Positions 35,868 to 45,025 of a DNA stretch of 64,000 bases are shown in pieces (position 1 is the stretch's first letter; each line of letters opens with the position of its first letter). The position numbers and the translations under genes were made by a program. The stretch is from a virus (Duplodnaviria > Caudoviricetes), in the IMG/VR virus record IMGVR_UViG_3300042260_000337, one strand, 5' to 3'. The notes under the pieces are model-generated. The model did no database searches and had not been told where the DNA came from. It was given only the letters and a program-made list of their open reading frames with translations.

Positions 35868-36206
35868 TTAGTTATTTCTTGTGTCGCTTACTGTTGAACT
35901 ACTTCCTGTGGCAGTCGTAGTCATAGATATATTTTCAAATGTCGGCATTGCAGTAGTGTGTTGAGTTGGAGTTCCACTGATATACAGTCCGAACCAAGCT
36001 GCCCCAACACCAACTAATACAGAAACCAACCCTGCTTGCTGCGTGTTTGGGTCAGGTAGCAACATAAACCACTGAACCACACTGTATAACAAGTAGATGT
36101 AAACTGATAGAAATATTCTTGGGAATACTCTCCACTTGTCAAAATATTCTGGTGCCAACCAAATAACCATAGCCATTTTAGACCATTTCATGTGCGTCTC
36201 CTTCAA
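35868..36206 (-). CDS. two-TM membrane protein, possible holin
   Basis: two hydrophobic segments (PRIFLSVYIYLLY; GLVSVLVGVGAAWFGLY); GATAAATA at 36219-36226. Confidence 0.55.
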   Translation of the reverse strand: MKETHMKWSKMAMVIWLAPEYFDKWRVFPRIFLSVYIYLLYSVVQWFMLLPDPNTQQAGLVSVLVGVGAAWFGLYISGTPTQHTTAMPTFENISMTTTATGSSSTVSDTRNN

Positions 36207-36283
36207 TCTCTCTGAATGTATTTATCTAAAAAGAAAGGGGAGCCTTTCGGCCCCCCTCCCGTATTAGTCAAACTTAGCGACTA

Positions 36284-39200
36284 TTATAGCTGAACGTATT
36301 CAACTGTAACTGTTGCTGCGCCTGCTGTTGCTGCTGAAACTAGAGAGATTGTCGCACCACCAGCGGTTGCTGTTGCGAATGGTAGTTCTGCAACGTATGT
36401 GCCAACTACATCTTCTTCAATTTCTGCTGCTGTCATTAGAGTATTGGTGCCATCAGAAATTGACACTGTTGCGTCATATGCTGATGTAACTTTTACTGTA
36501 ATGCGTGAAACGTAGTAGGTGTGTCCTGCAACGTTTACGATTGTGCCGATTGCTTCTGATGTTCCAACTGCTTTACGAACTACGAATGAGTTCTTGTCTG
36601 CAACTGCTGCATCTGTGTATGCTTCTGTTGCGTATGCGTTGGTTGTTAGGTAAGCAGCTACACGACCGTCTGTGTAGTATAGGTTGGTTGAACCTTCTGC
36701 TAGTGCATCAGTTGTGTGGTTTGAGATGTCTGAAACTGTTCCAGTTACGTCACCAGTTAGGTTACCAGTTACGTTACCAGTTAGGTTACCGATAAATGCG
36801 CCAGCAACGAATGTATCAGTGCCAACAGTCCAACGATCTGCTGATTCATCCCATAGTAGAGACACGTTTGCGTCTGAACCGCGCTCAACCTCGATACCAG
36901 CATTTTGTGATGCTGCACCAGTTGCGTTTGAGTTTAGAACGATTGTGTTGTCTGCTAGAGCGATAGTCTCAGTGTTTACAGTTGTGGTTGTTCCGTTGAC
37001 AACTAGGTTACCAGTGATAGTAACTGTGTTTGCTGTAATGTCGTCGGAGTTTAGAACACCAGATACAGTAACATCGTTGAATGTTACGTCTGAGGTTGTT
37101 TCAACTGCTTGACCGATAGAAACAACACCAGTTGAAGAAACTGCAACGCCTGTTCCAGCGGTGATTGATAGCGCAGTGTAGTTTGTGCCATCATTTGTTA
37201 CTTCCCACTGATCAGTTGTTTCATTCCACTTGATTTCAACGTCTGCTGATGTGCCACGTTCAACGCGGATGATTGCGTTTTCGGTTGGTGCGCCAGTTAC
37301 GTCTGAGTTTAGAATGATGTTTGCTTCTGCGTTGATATCGCCAGCAACGGTTAGAGAACCATTGACGTTTACGTTATCAATGTTTACCCACTTTGTGCCA
37401 TCCCACGCGATGATTTGGTTTGTAGCCACACTTGTGATTTCAACATCATCTAGACCGTCTAGTGTTAGACCTGTGATGCCTGAAGTTAGGTTTAGAGTTC
37501 CAACAGTAACGGTGTCTGCGGTTACGTTTGCTGCGTAAACATTGTTCCAAGATTTAGCAGCAGTACCTAGATCGTATGTGCCTGTAACGTCTGGAATGAA
37601 GTCTGATGCTACGTCAGCATTGAACTCAACATAGTCTGTATCCGCATCACCTACGATTAGGTTGCCTGATAGTGACATGTTGTTGCCGTTGATGTTTGCT
37701 GAGAATGTTGCATCGCCAGCAACAGTTAGTGAACCACCAACTGATAGGTCGCCTGAAACAGTTGCGTTACCAGTGGTTGATAGGTTACCAGCTAGTGATG
37801 CTGAGTCGCCGTTAACTGTTAGTGAGCCACCAACAACTGCGTCACCATTTTGACGAACTTCAAATAGCTTCTGTGCGTCTGATGATACAACTTCAAATAC
37901 GTTTACAATGTTTGAACCCGCTGCCTTTGTTGCGTCTGATTCTACAGTTACTAGCTGTGATAGAACTGTATTACCAGTTACACTTAGGTCGCCAGTCATT
38001 GTCATGGTGTCGCCTGAGATGTTTGCTAGGAATGTAGCATCGCCAGCAACGTTGATTGTGCCGTCGATTGAAACGTTACCAGTGAAGGTTGAAGTTCCGT
38101 TGCCTGAAACGGTTAGAACGCCACCAACTGATAGGTTTCCGCCAATTACTGCATCACCAACTGTTTCGATTGCTGATAGATCGCCACCTGAAACATATGC
38201 GTCAACACGTGCATCTGTGTAGTATAGGTTTGTGCCTTCTGCTAGGTCAGTAGTTGACTTTGTTGCTAGACGTGTATCGAACATTGATTCGCCACGTGCA
38301 ACTGTCCAGTATAGGTTTGTACCTTCTACAACGTCTGTTGTTGAGAACTCAGTGAAGTCTAGTGCAACTTCGCCGTTGGTTATTGAAACGCCCTTGCCAC
38401 CTGTGAAGTGAGCACGAACTTCTGCTGCTGATGGACCTGTGTAAGTGATTACGCCAGTTGTTGAGTTGTATGATAGAGCACCATCACCACCATTATCAGT
38501 CACAGAGATTGATGCACGAGCACGAGCCTGTGTGAAGAATAGGTTGGTTGTTCCTTCGGTGATTTCATCAGTGTTGTCTTTAGCTTGAACTGATGTATCA
38601 ATGTATGAACGTAGTGTTGAATCTAGTGTTGAGATTTCACCGTCAGTATAGGTGTTTGCATCTGCTAGTGCTTTTGCAATTGAACCCGCTACTTCTGCGC
38701 CACCTTCAATAATGTCTAGACGTGCATCTAGTGCATTGTCTGCTGCTAGACGTGTTGCTGCTTCTGAGTCGATGTTGTCCTGTAGAACGCCATCTGCTGC
38801 AATACGTGCTGATTCTTCTGAGTCGATGTTTGACTGTAGAGTTGCATCGTTGTTGAAACGAGTGGTTGCTTCTGAGTCGATGTTGTCCTGTAGAACGCCA
38901 TCTGCTGCTAGACGTGTTGCTGCTTCTGAATCGATGTTGCCCTGTAGGACACCTTCTGCTGCTAGAGCACGTGCTTCTTCTGCATCAATTGCGTCTTGTA
39001 GATCAGAATCGCCAGCAATACGTGCTAGTTCTTCTACTTTTAGTGCTGCATCTAGCTTGTTGTCGGCATCTTTTAGTGATACTGCTGCTGAGATGTAGTT
39101 TGCAGTGCCATTAGCGGTGTAGCCGCCGTCTGTGCCTAGACCAGCGCCAACCTGAGTTGCGTCTAGTTCTGCTTGAACTGCTGCTGCGTCAGATGATGAC

Positions 39201-39403
39201 TTTGAGTCAACATATGCTTTTGATGCAGCATCGTTAGCATTTAGTGGGGTGGTAGCAACGCGGATGTTGTCTAGTGTTGAACCGTCAGCCTGTGTTACTT
39301 TGAATACTGAGTTACCAGCATCATAAACAACACGGCCACCAGCCTTACCAAACTGAACGTCAGCGGAAATACCTGATAGACCGAAATTCTTAATATTAGC
39401 CAT
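36284..39403 (-). CDS. 1039-aa fibre/structural protein
   Basis: coiled-coil repeats, repeated L(A/V)EG(S/T)TNLY(Y/W)TD motifs, G-x-L-x-V beta-helix-like repeats. Confidence 0.75.
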   Translation of the reverse strand: MANIKNFGLSGISADVQFGKAGGRVVYDAGNSVFKVTQADGSTLDNIRVATTPLNANDAASKAYVDSKSSSDAAAVQAELDATQVGAGLGTDGGYTANGTANYISAAVSLKDADNKLDAALKVEELARIAGDSDLQDAIDAEEARALAAEGVLQGNIDSEAATRLAADGVLQDNIDSEATTRFNNDATLQSNIDSEESARIAADGVLQDNIDSEAATRLAADNALDARLDIIEGGAEVAGSIAKALADANTYTDGEISTLDSTLRSYIDTSVQAKDNTDEITEGTTNLFFTQARARASISVTDNGGDGALSYNSTTGVITYTGPSAAEVRAHFTGGKGVSITNGEVALDFTEFSTTDVVEGTNLYWTVARGESMFDTRLATKSTTDLAEGTNLYYTDARVDAYVSGGDLSAIETVGDAVIGGNLSVGGVLTVSGNGTSTFTGNVSIDGTINVAGDATFLANISGDTMTMTGDLSVTGNTVLSQLVTVESDATKAAGSNIVNVFEVVSSDAQKLFEVRQNGDAVVGGSLTVNGDSASLAGNLSTTGNATVSGDLSVGGSLTVAGDATFSANINGNNMSLSGNLIVGDADTDYVEFNADVASDFIPDVTGTYDLGTAAKSWNNVYAANVTADTVTVGTLNLTSGITGLTLDGLDDVEITSVATNQIIAWDGTKWVNIDNVNVNGSLTVAGDINAEANIILNSDVTGAPTENAIIRVERGTSADVEIKWNETTDQWEVTNDGTNYTALSITAGTGVAVSSTGVVSIGQAVETTSDVTFNDVTVSGVLNSDDITANTVTITGNLVVNGTTTTVNTETIALADNTIVLNSNATGAASQNAGIEVERGSDANVSLLWDESADRWTVGTDTFVAGAFIGNLTGNVTGNLTGDVTGTVSDISNHTTDALAEGSTNLYYTDGRVAAYLTTNAYATEAYTDAAVADKNSFVVRKAVGTSEAIGTIVNVAGHTYYVSRITVKVTSAYDATVSISDGTNTLMTAAEIEEDVVGTYVAELPFATATAGGATISLVSAATAGAATVTVEYVQL
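38730..39000 (-). repeat. five tandem 54-nt (18-aa) coding repeats DSEAATRLAADGVLQDNI
   Basis: near-identical 54-nt units inside the fibre gene (11+7 coiled-coil period). Confidence 0.85.
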
Positions 39404-39434
39404 TATTATGTCTCCTTAAAAGCTATAATGGATG

Positions 39435-39470
39435 AAAAAAGGAAATCTGAATACCAGATTTCCCTTTTTT
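39435..39470 (-). terminator. terminator-like hairpin in the leader of the fibre gene
   Basis: GGAAAUCUG-GUAUU-CAGAUUUCC plus U6. Confidence 0.65.
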
Positions 39471-39562
39471 ACTCTGGGATAAACTCGTCAGAGTATGTAA
39501 AGATCGTCTCCTCTCCTTACATATGTATTTATTAAACGCTCAAAAAATATAATATTCCGATA

Positions 39563-41560
39563 TTATACATAAGTTACTGTTATTTTTATTTCGCCATTTG
39601 TTGAGCCATTATGTGCCAATGTGGCAATAATGTTTACTTCTTCTTCGCCTTCGTAATGGAAATCTGGAGTCAAGTTATACGAACCAACATTTTCAAGGTC
39701 AATCAGAGCATCACTGACTAGTTCAGAAATATTTCCATCTACACCAATATTTAGCGTAGGAACGTCAGAATAGCCAGTAAATGGGGTAATAACTTCAACC
39801 AACACACTGACAACACGAGAGTGCGGACTAATACGGCCCATTTCAATAACTTCAATGTTGCCTTCAACCTGTGATGGCATTACATAAATATGGTGTAAAC
39901 TATTTGCATCTGTTGCCGCACTATCTTGTGTTGCTACCACAACCCATGCCGAGCCATTCCAAATGTAAAGACCCCATTCACCTTGTCCTGCATCTAATAC
40001 ATATGCTTGGTCGCCAACAAGAACATTATACAATGCATCTCTTGCTACAAGGTCGGCCACGACTGTAATGCCAGCTTTGCGAATACCCTGTTCAATGTCC
40101 ATTCCGATTGGATACGAACCATTATGTCCAGAAACAATACCAAAATCTTCACAAGGAGTTCCAGTAACATTGCTTACAATTATTTCACCACCGTCTGCTC
40201 TTGTTAGAAGTAATGATTTTGCGGTTGATGCATCATAATAAGTTGCTAATCCAGATATAGAACTCGTGCCAGCAAATGGATGGTTATTTGTGTCATTTGT
40301 TAGGTCTACTATAGTGATCGAACCCCCCTGTGTTTCTGTGATATATAGTTTGCCCCCTGATGCTCTTGCTGAAATGTTTGGAATATTTGCTGCAATAATA
40401 TCAGCAACCATGTCTTCTGCAATCGCAACAGTTTGTGAATATTCAGATTGACCAGCCGTTGTGGTAGTAAAGTTAACAGTTACACCATTTATAGATGCAG
40501 AGAATGGAGGGTATCCACCAACCAATCCGTAAATTGCGGATGATATGTCGGACACTGCTTCTGTCAGTGCAGTGGCATTACTTGCAGTTACTTTGTGTTC
40601 TGATGTATATGCATTTATATTATTGACCGCACTTGAAATAGAAGGGCCAGTGAATGTTATTTCTGTTCCATTCAAATTAATTTTATTTCCAGAAGTCGTA
40701 GTAGCATTCAACACTGAACCACGAACTGTGCTTGGAACTGCATTTTTTATATTGAGAAACACCGCCGCCCCAGTAGGGTTTGTAGTAAGGTCACCAGAAC
40801 CATCAATTGATGCATAAACAAAATCACCAGCATTTCCTGGTAATGATGGAGAGAAGTCAATAGTGCCATTCATTGGACGTATCATAAACTTGTTTGGGCC
40901 AGGACCGATATGTGTAATGGTTCCGATTAGTTTGTCAAGATTTGAACTGGACGAAACTTCATAATCACCTTCGTCTGACATGCCGATAACATCACCAACT
41001 TCAAAATTGTGATTTTCTTTTTCAAGAACAAAGTGAGCACGTGGGTTTAGATATTTAAAACGTGAGTTTACGTTTGCATAGAAATCGCTTGAAACAATAC
41101 CAAGTGGCAGTGGGTCAATCATTGGGTCGCCAAATTCATTCAGTTCAAAAATCACTGCTTGACCAGGAACGGTGAATATACCGATACCAGATGCGTTTCT
41201 GAAAGTATTATATCGTAGAACGTCTTCAACCACACAAACCACCGATGTTGATGTTTTTTCTGTGATGCTTATAATTTGTAGTGCTTTGCCATCCGTTGCA
41301 CCAGCAATAAAGTCCCCGACCAATACATCAAATCCATCATATTTGAACGGAGTTCTAGTAAGGTGAGAACCATGTGATATTGGGGTTAGTGTCAAGGTAA
41401 GTTCCCAACGATATGGCTTTGGATTTGCACCGCCGCCCCACCATTTATCACCCATACCATCATCGTATATCCAGTATTCTTTCATTGTCATGTTGGTAAC
41501 AGTTGCGGGCAACACCTTCGCTGGAACGTTCAAATCAATTGCACTTGTTTTCATTGTCAT
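39563..41560 (-). CDS. virion structural protein (tail/baseplate region)
   Basis: 665 aa, T/S/G-rich, C-terminus resembles that of the adjacent fibre gene. Confidence 0.65.
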   Translation of the reverse strand: MTMKTSAIDLNVPAKVLPATVTNMTMKEYWIYDDGMGDKWWGGGANPKPYRWELTLTLTPISHGSHLTRTPFKYDGFDVLVGDFIAGATDGKALQIISITEKTSTSVVCVVEDVLRYNTFRNASGIGIFTVPGQAVIFELNEFGDPMIDPLPLGIVSSDFYANVNSRFKYLNPRAHFVLEKENHNFEVGDVIGMSDEGDYEVSSSSNLDKLIGTITHIGPGPNKFMIRPMNGTIDFSPSLPGNAGDFVYASIDGSGDLTTNPTGAAVFLNIKNAVPSTVRGSVLNATTTSGNKINLNGTEITFTGPSISSAVNNINAYTSEHKVTASNATALTEAVSDISSAIYGLVGGYPPFSASINGVTVNFTTTTAGQSEYSQTVAIAEDMVADIIAANIPNISARASGGKLYITETQGGSITIVDLTNDTNNHPFAGTSSISGLATYYDASTAKSLLLTRADGGEIIVSNVTGTPCEDFGIVSGHNGSYPIGMDIEQGIRKAGITVVADLVARDALYNVLVGDQAYVLDAGQGEWGLYIWNGSAWVVVATQDSAATDANSLHHIYVMPSQVEGNIEVIEMGRISPHSRVVSVLVEVITPFTGYSDVPTLNIGVDGNISELVSDALIDLENVGSYNLTPDFHYEGEEEVNIIATLAHNGSTNGEIKITVTYV

Positions 41561-41570
41561 CTTTTTATCC

Positions 41571-43664
41571 TTATGCTAGTAATGTGAATAAGACCCAAGC
41601 GTGGGTAGTGGTGCCAAACTGTCGGGATGCGCCAGTATCAACTTCTGCTAACTTCAATGTCATCTTGGCAGTTCCAAAGTTTCCAAAAGCAGTTGGAGCG
41701 CCAGCAACTCCACCACCTGATATTTTTCTAGTGGTCATGTCGGCTGTGATAGGAGTAATAACATACTCATTTGTCGCATAAGCATATCCGTATATCATTG
41801 TGTTTGCTGGTGGTAAGCTATAATCTGGGAAAGTAAATTCAATAATACCACCCGCTGTTGATACTACGTTTGCAGTAATCCCGCCTGTTAGGTTTGAAAC
41901 ACTTATTACAGAACCATCAGTTGCATAGTTTATCTTTGCATATTCAACTGCGGTTGCGATTGGCTTATCCAATAGATCGTTGTATGAGCCAGTGGTTGCA
42001 ATTGTTGATAAATCGGCAGAGTTTGCTTTAGCATCAATCTGAGATGAAACACTTGTAAAATACTCTGGGTCATTATTGATTGCTGTGGCAAGTTCACTTA
42101 GGGTGTCAAGTGTTTCTGGTGCCAAACCAACCACGTTTGCCAGTGCATTGTCAACATATGATATGGTAGCGTAATCATTTTGAAGAGTAGTGTTTACGTA
42201 AGAGACGGTTGCAAATTGTGTTAGGTCTGGAACGTTACTTAGTGTATCGTATGATACTTCTAAGTTTGCCAAGTCACTTTGTATTTGTTGCACTGCTTCT
42301 GCAATAGTGATATAACCAATGTCGTTATCAAATGAACTTAGTGTGGATGGAGTATTGATTAGATTGGTATATTCTTTACCAATAAAAATCTCAACGCCGT
42401 TATAAACTAGGTCGCCTTCTGGGTCAATACTTAGGGTGTTTTCGCCAATATCAATAGTGTTACCAGATAGATACAAGTCTCTGAAACGATTCGTAGGAGA
42501 ACCAAGGTCTTGCTGTATGTTGGTCGCTGGAACAAAACTCCATCCCTCGTTTAGTGTAACTGTTTGAGTTTCACTGTCAGCGGTAAGGCCGGGGAAGCCT
42601 GTGATTGGTTCGCCATTCCATAGTAGCTCTGTGCCATTAGATGACAGTGTGTTATTGTCAATGTGAACAGATGCATTTGATAGATATACTTCTGACCAAC
42701 GATTAGTTGGAGAACCAAGTGATTGTGTGCCGTTGTCTTGTGGAACAAATGTCCATCCAGAATCAAGAATGATATTATGGCCGATTTCTTCAATGGTCAA
42801 ACCTTCAAGGTCTGCTTCAACCAAGTCAAGATTAACAGAGTTTCCGCCAGAAATAGTTAGTGTTGTGCCATCAATAGACAATAGCTGAACAGTCCCAGAA
42901 CCACCACCACCTGACGGTGCCGCTGCTATCCACTTGCTGCCATCATATGCTAAAAGATCACCAACATTTCCAGAAATAGTTAGGTTGTCAGAAAGAACCG
43001 CAGTTCCCTGTAGAGTTTCAGCGTAAATATCATTGAATCTTCTTAGTGGAGAACCAATATCCCACATGTTATTTTGGTCTGGGACGCTATGGCCATCTGT
43101 TCTAATGAACTTTGCTTGTGTCTCGGATTTTGAGTATACGTCAAGTTCTTGTCTTGCCGCTGCTATGTTTGCCAGATCGGATAGATTGTTATCTATCTCT
43201 AGGTATGTTCCTTGTCCTACAGTTCCAGAAATAGATACCGTTATGGTAGACCCGTTGTCCGAAATGGATAGTCCGTTTCCGACTGCAAGACTTTTGAACT
43301 CAAAGTCATCGTTTCCATTCAACTGTGCAAATATCGGAGTTCCGTTGCCAAGATTTGTAGCAGTCTGAATTTCATTTTCAAAAGTATTTGAGATTACTAA
43401 TGCGTCACCGTTGTCAACGATAGAAATATTATTTCCCGCAATGAGTGTTTTTAGTTCTAAATCGTTTCCAGTAACACCATATGAGATGCCAACGCCTATA
43501 CCAACATCGGTCACGTTTGTAACTGGTGTGGTATTTGCTCCAGTTCCAGAGCCGTATGCGTTTACAAATGCATTTTCACTTGCATCAAATATTAGTATTT
43601 GGTCTTGTTCTAGTGTCCCTACCAGCTTAAATGTAGGTGAAAATGGTTGTGCGTTAATGCTCAT
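41571..43664 (-). CDS. tail fibre-like protein
   Basis: repeated D(I/L)GSP..R(F/W)..(I/L)Y motif, APETLDTLSELATAINND, ATTGSYNDL. Confidence 0.7.
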   Translation of the reverse strand: MSINAQPFSPTFKLVGTLEQDQILIFDASENAFVNAYGSGTGANTTPVTNVTDVGIGVGISYGVTGNDLELKTLIAGNNISIVDNGDALVISNTFENEIQTATNLGNGTPIFAQLNGNDDFEFKSLAVGNGLSISDNGSTITVSISGTVGQGTYLEIDNNLSDLANIAAARQELDVYSKSETQAKFIRTDGHSVPDQNNMWDIGSPLRRFNDIYAETLQGTAVLSDNLTISGNVGDLLAYDGSKWIAAAPSGGGGSGTVQLLSIDGTTLTISGGNSVNLDLVEADLEGLTIEEIGHNIILDSGWTFVPQDNGTQSLGSPTNRWSEVYLSNASVHIDNNTLSSNGTELLWNGEPITGFPGLTADSETQTVTLNEGWSFVPATNIQQDLGSPTNRFRDLYLSGNTIDIGENTLSIDPEGDLVYNGVEIFIGKEYTNLINTPSTLSSFDNDIGYITIAEAVQQIQSDLANLEVSYDTLSNVPDLTQFATVSYVNTTLQNDYATISYVDNALANVVGLAPETLDTLSELATAINNDPEYFTSVSSQIDAKANSADLSTIATTGSYNDLLDKPIATAVEYAKINYATDGSVISVSNLTGGITANVVSTAGGIIEFTFPDYSLPPANTMIYGYAYATNEYVITPITADMTTRKISGGGVAGAPTAFGNFGTAKMTLKLAEVDTGASRQFGTTTHAWVLFTLLA

Positions 43665-43676
43665 TTCCTTCGCCCC

Positions 43677-44045
43677 TTAGTAATTCAAATATATTTTTTC
43701 AATGTATCCAGCATTTGTTACATTCGTAATACCAATAGAATCTCTATCAAGTATTGCTCGTAAAAAAACTAGATTGGCGACGAAGGTAATCCCCTCAACG
43801 CCAGTAAATGATTGATAATCTTTGTAAGGCATTCCGTTTAGAAGAATATTGAACCAGTCACTTTCGGTAGGATTGGTTGCTAATGTTCCTTGAATGCGAA
43901 CACGGCCCGATAGATTCTGCCCATATATGGCAATTGTATGCAGCCCGTCAGTATATCCATAATAACTATCGCCAGGAACGGGTGTCCCTGTAACATTTAG
44001 ATTTACTCCGCTGTTTCCCATAAGGGTAGAAGTTTTACGTGCCAT
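43677..44045 (-). CDS. probable structural protein
   Basis: beta-rich 122 aa in the structural operon. Confidence 0.6.
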   Translation of the reverse strand: MARKTSTLMGNSGVNLNVTGTPVPGDSYYGYTDGLHTIAIYGQNLSGRVRIQGTLATNPTESDWFNILLNGMPYKDYQSFTGVEGITFVANLVFLRAILDRDSIGITNVTNAGYIEKIYLNY

Positions 44046-44058
44046 CGTGATTGGTTCC

Positions 44059-44229
44059 TTACTCTTCTATTTTTTCTACTTCGACAACAACGCCAGAACC
44101 CAGCAGTTCTGCCACGACTTGTTCCAATGTTGAAACAATGTCATCTGACAAAACGCTGGGTTCTGAGTTGTTATTTTTGGTAAGTTTGGATACTTTGACT
44201 AGAAGGATTTCTTCTTTTATTTGTGCCAT
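44059..44229 (-). CDS. 56-aa late protein (MAQIKEEILLVKVSKL...)
   Basis: GAGG SD, GATAAATA at 44258-44265; below the track cut-off. Confidence 0.65.
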   Translation of the reverse strand: MAQIKEEILLVKVSKLTKNNNSEPSVLSDDIVSTLEQVVAELLGSGVVVEVEKIEE

Positions 44230-44290
44230 GGTTGTTTCCTCTTGTTATGCTTATTCTTATTTATCATAAGAACACAACAAGAGGAAATGG

Positions 44291-45025
44291 TCACTTTAGT
44301 TCGTCAATCAACACTGCTCGTTTTACTGAAAGGACCATATCTCCACCGATCATGGCCAAGTAACTTGCGGTTTGTTCATCGTCACATGCAACCGCTAATG
44401 TAGAGTATTGCCAATATCGTCGTTTATCTACCTCTGCAAGATTTGGAGATATGTAGATATTTTCCAATGAAGAAGCCATTTCTCTGAATGAAACCACTTC
44501 TTTAAGATCGACATCGCGACCAGCGATCATCGTAATCTTATAACGATGACGCTCATAATACAAACATTTTCTTACTTCTTCGGTTACGGAAAGTTTTGAC
44601 TTTACTTCGTCATAATCTTCAAATGCTGGCTCACATTCATCTATTGCAAACTCCCTGTAGTTTGCAAAGTTTTTAATTTGCTCATACAGTTCTTTTGACG
44701 TTATATAGATCAACGTATGGATAGAGTCATTGCGAACTTTGATTTCACCCTTGTTTGTCTGTGAAAGTTTTTCTATTTGGTCATGTAATCCTAATCTACG
44801 CGCCAATTCATCTTCTGTTGAAGGGTAATGTCGAACTGTAAAATGAGCACTATATCCAAAACTTCTGTTTTTTTCCGAAGTCATCGTTGATGGATTTAGG
44901 GCGTATTCCAAATATTTGTCATAAAAGTTGAATATAAGTTTAGTTCGTATTCTAAACTTATACTTCTTGTAAAATGGCTTTGTAACGATTTCTTTTTTGA
45001 TTCGTTTATACTTAAACATACTCAA
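44291..45025 (-). CDS. hypothetical protein
   Basis: 244-aa ORF overlapping the clpA stop. Confidence 0.7.
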   Translation of the reverse strand: MSMFKYKRIKKEIVTKPFYKKYKFRIRTKLIFNFYDKYLEYALNPSTMTSEKNRSFGYSAHFTVRHYPSTEDELARRLGLHDQIEKLSQTNKGEIKVRNDSIHTLIYITSKELYEQIKNFANYREFAIDECEPAFEDYDEVKSKLSVTEEVRKCLYYERHRYKITMIAGRDVDLKEVVSFREMASSLENIYISPNLAEVDKRRYWQYSTLAVACDDEQTASYLAMIGGDMVLSVKRAVLIDELK

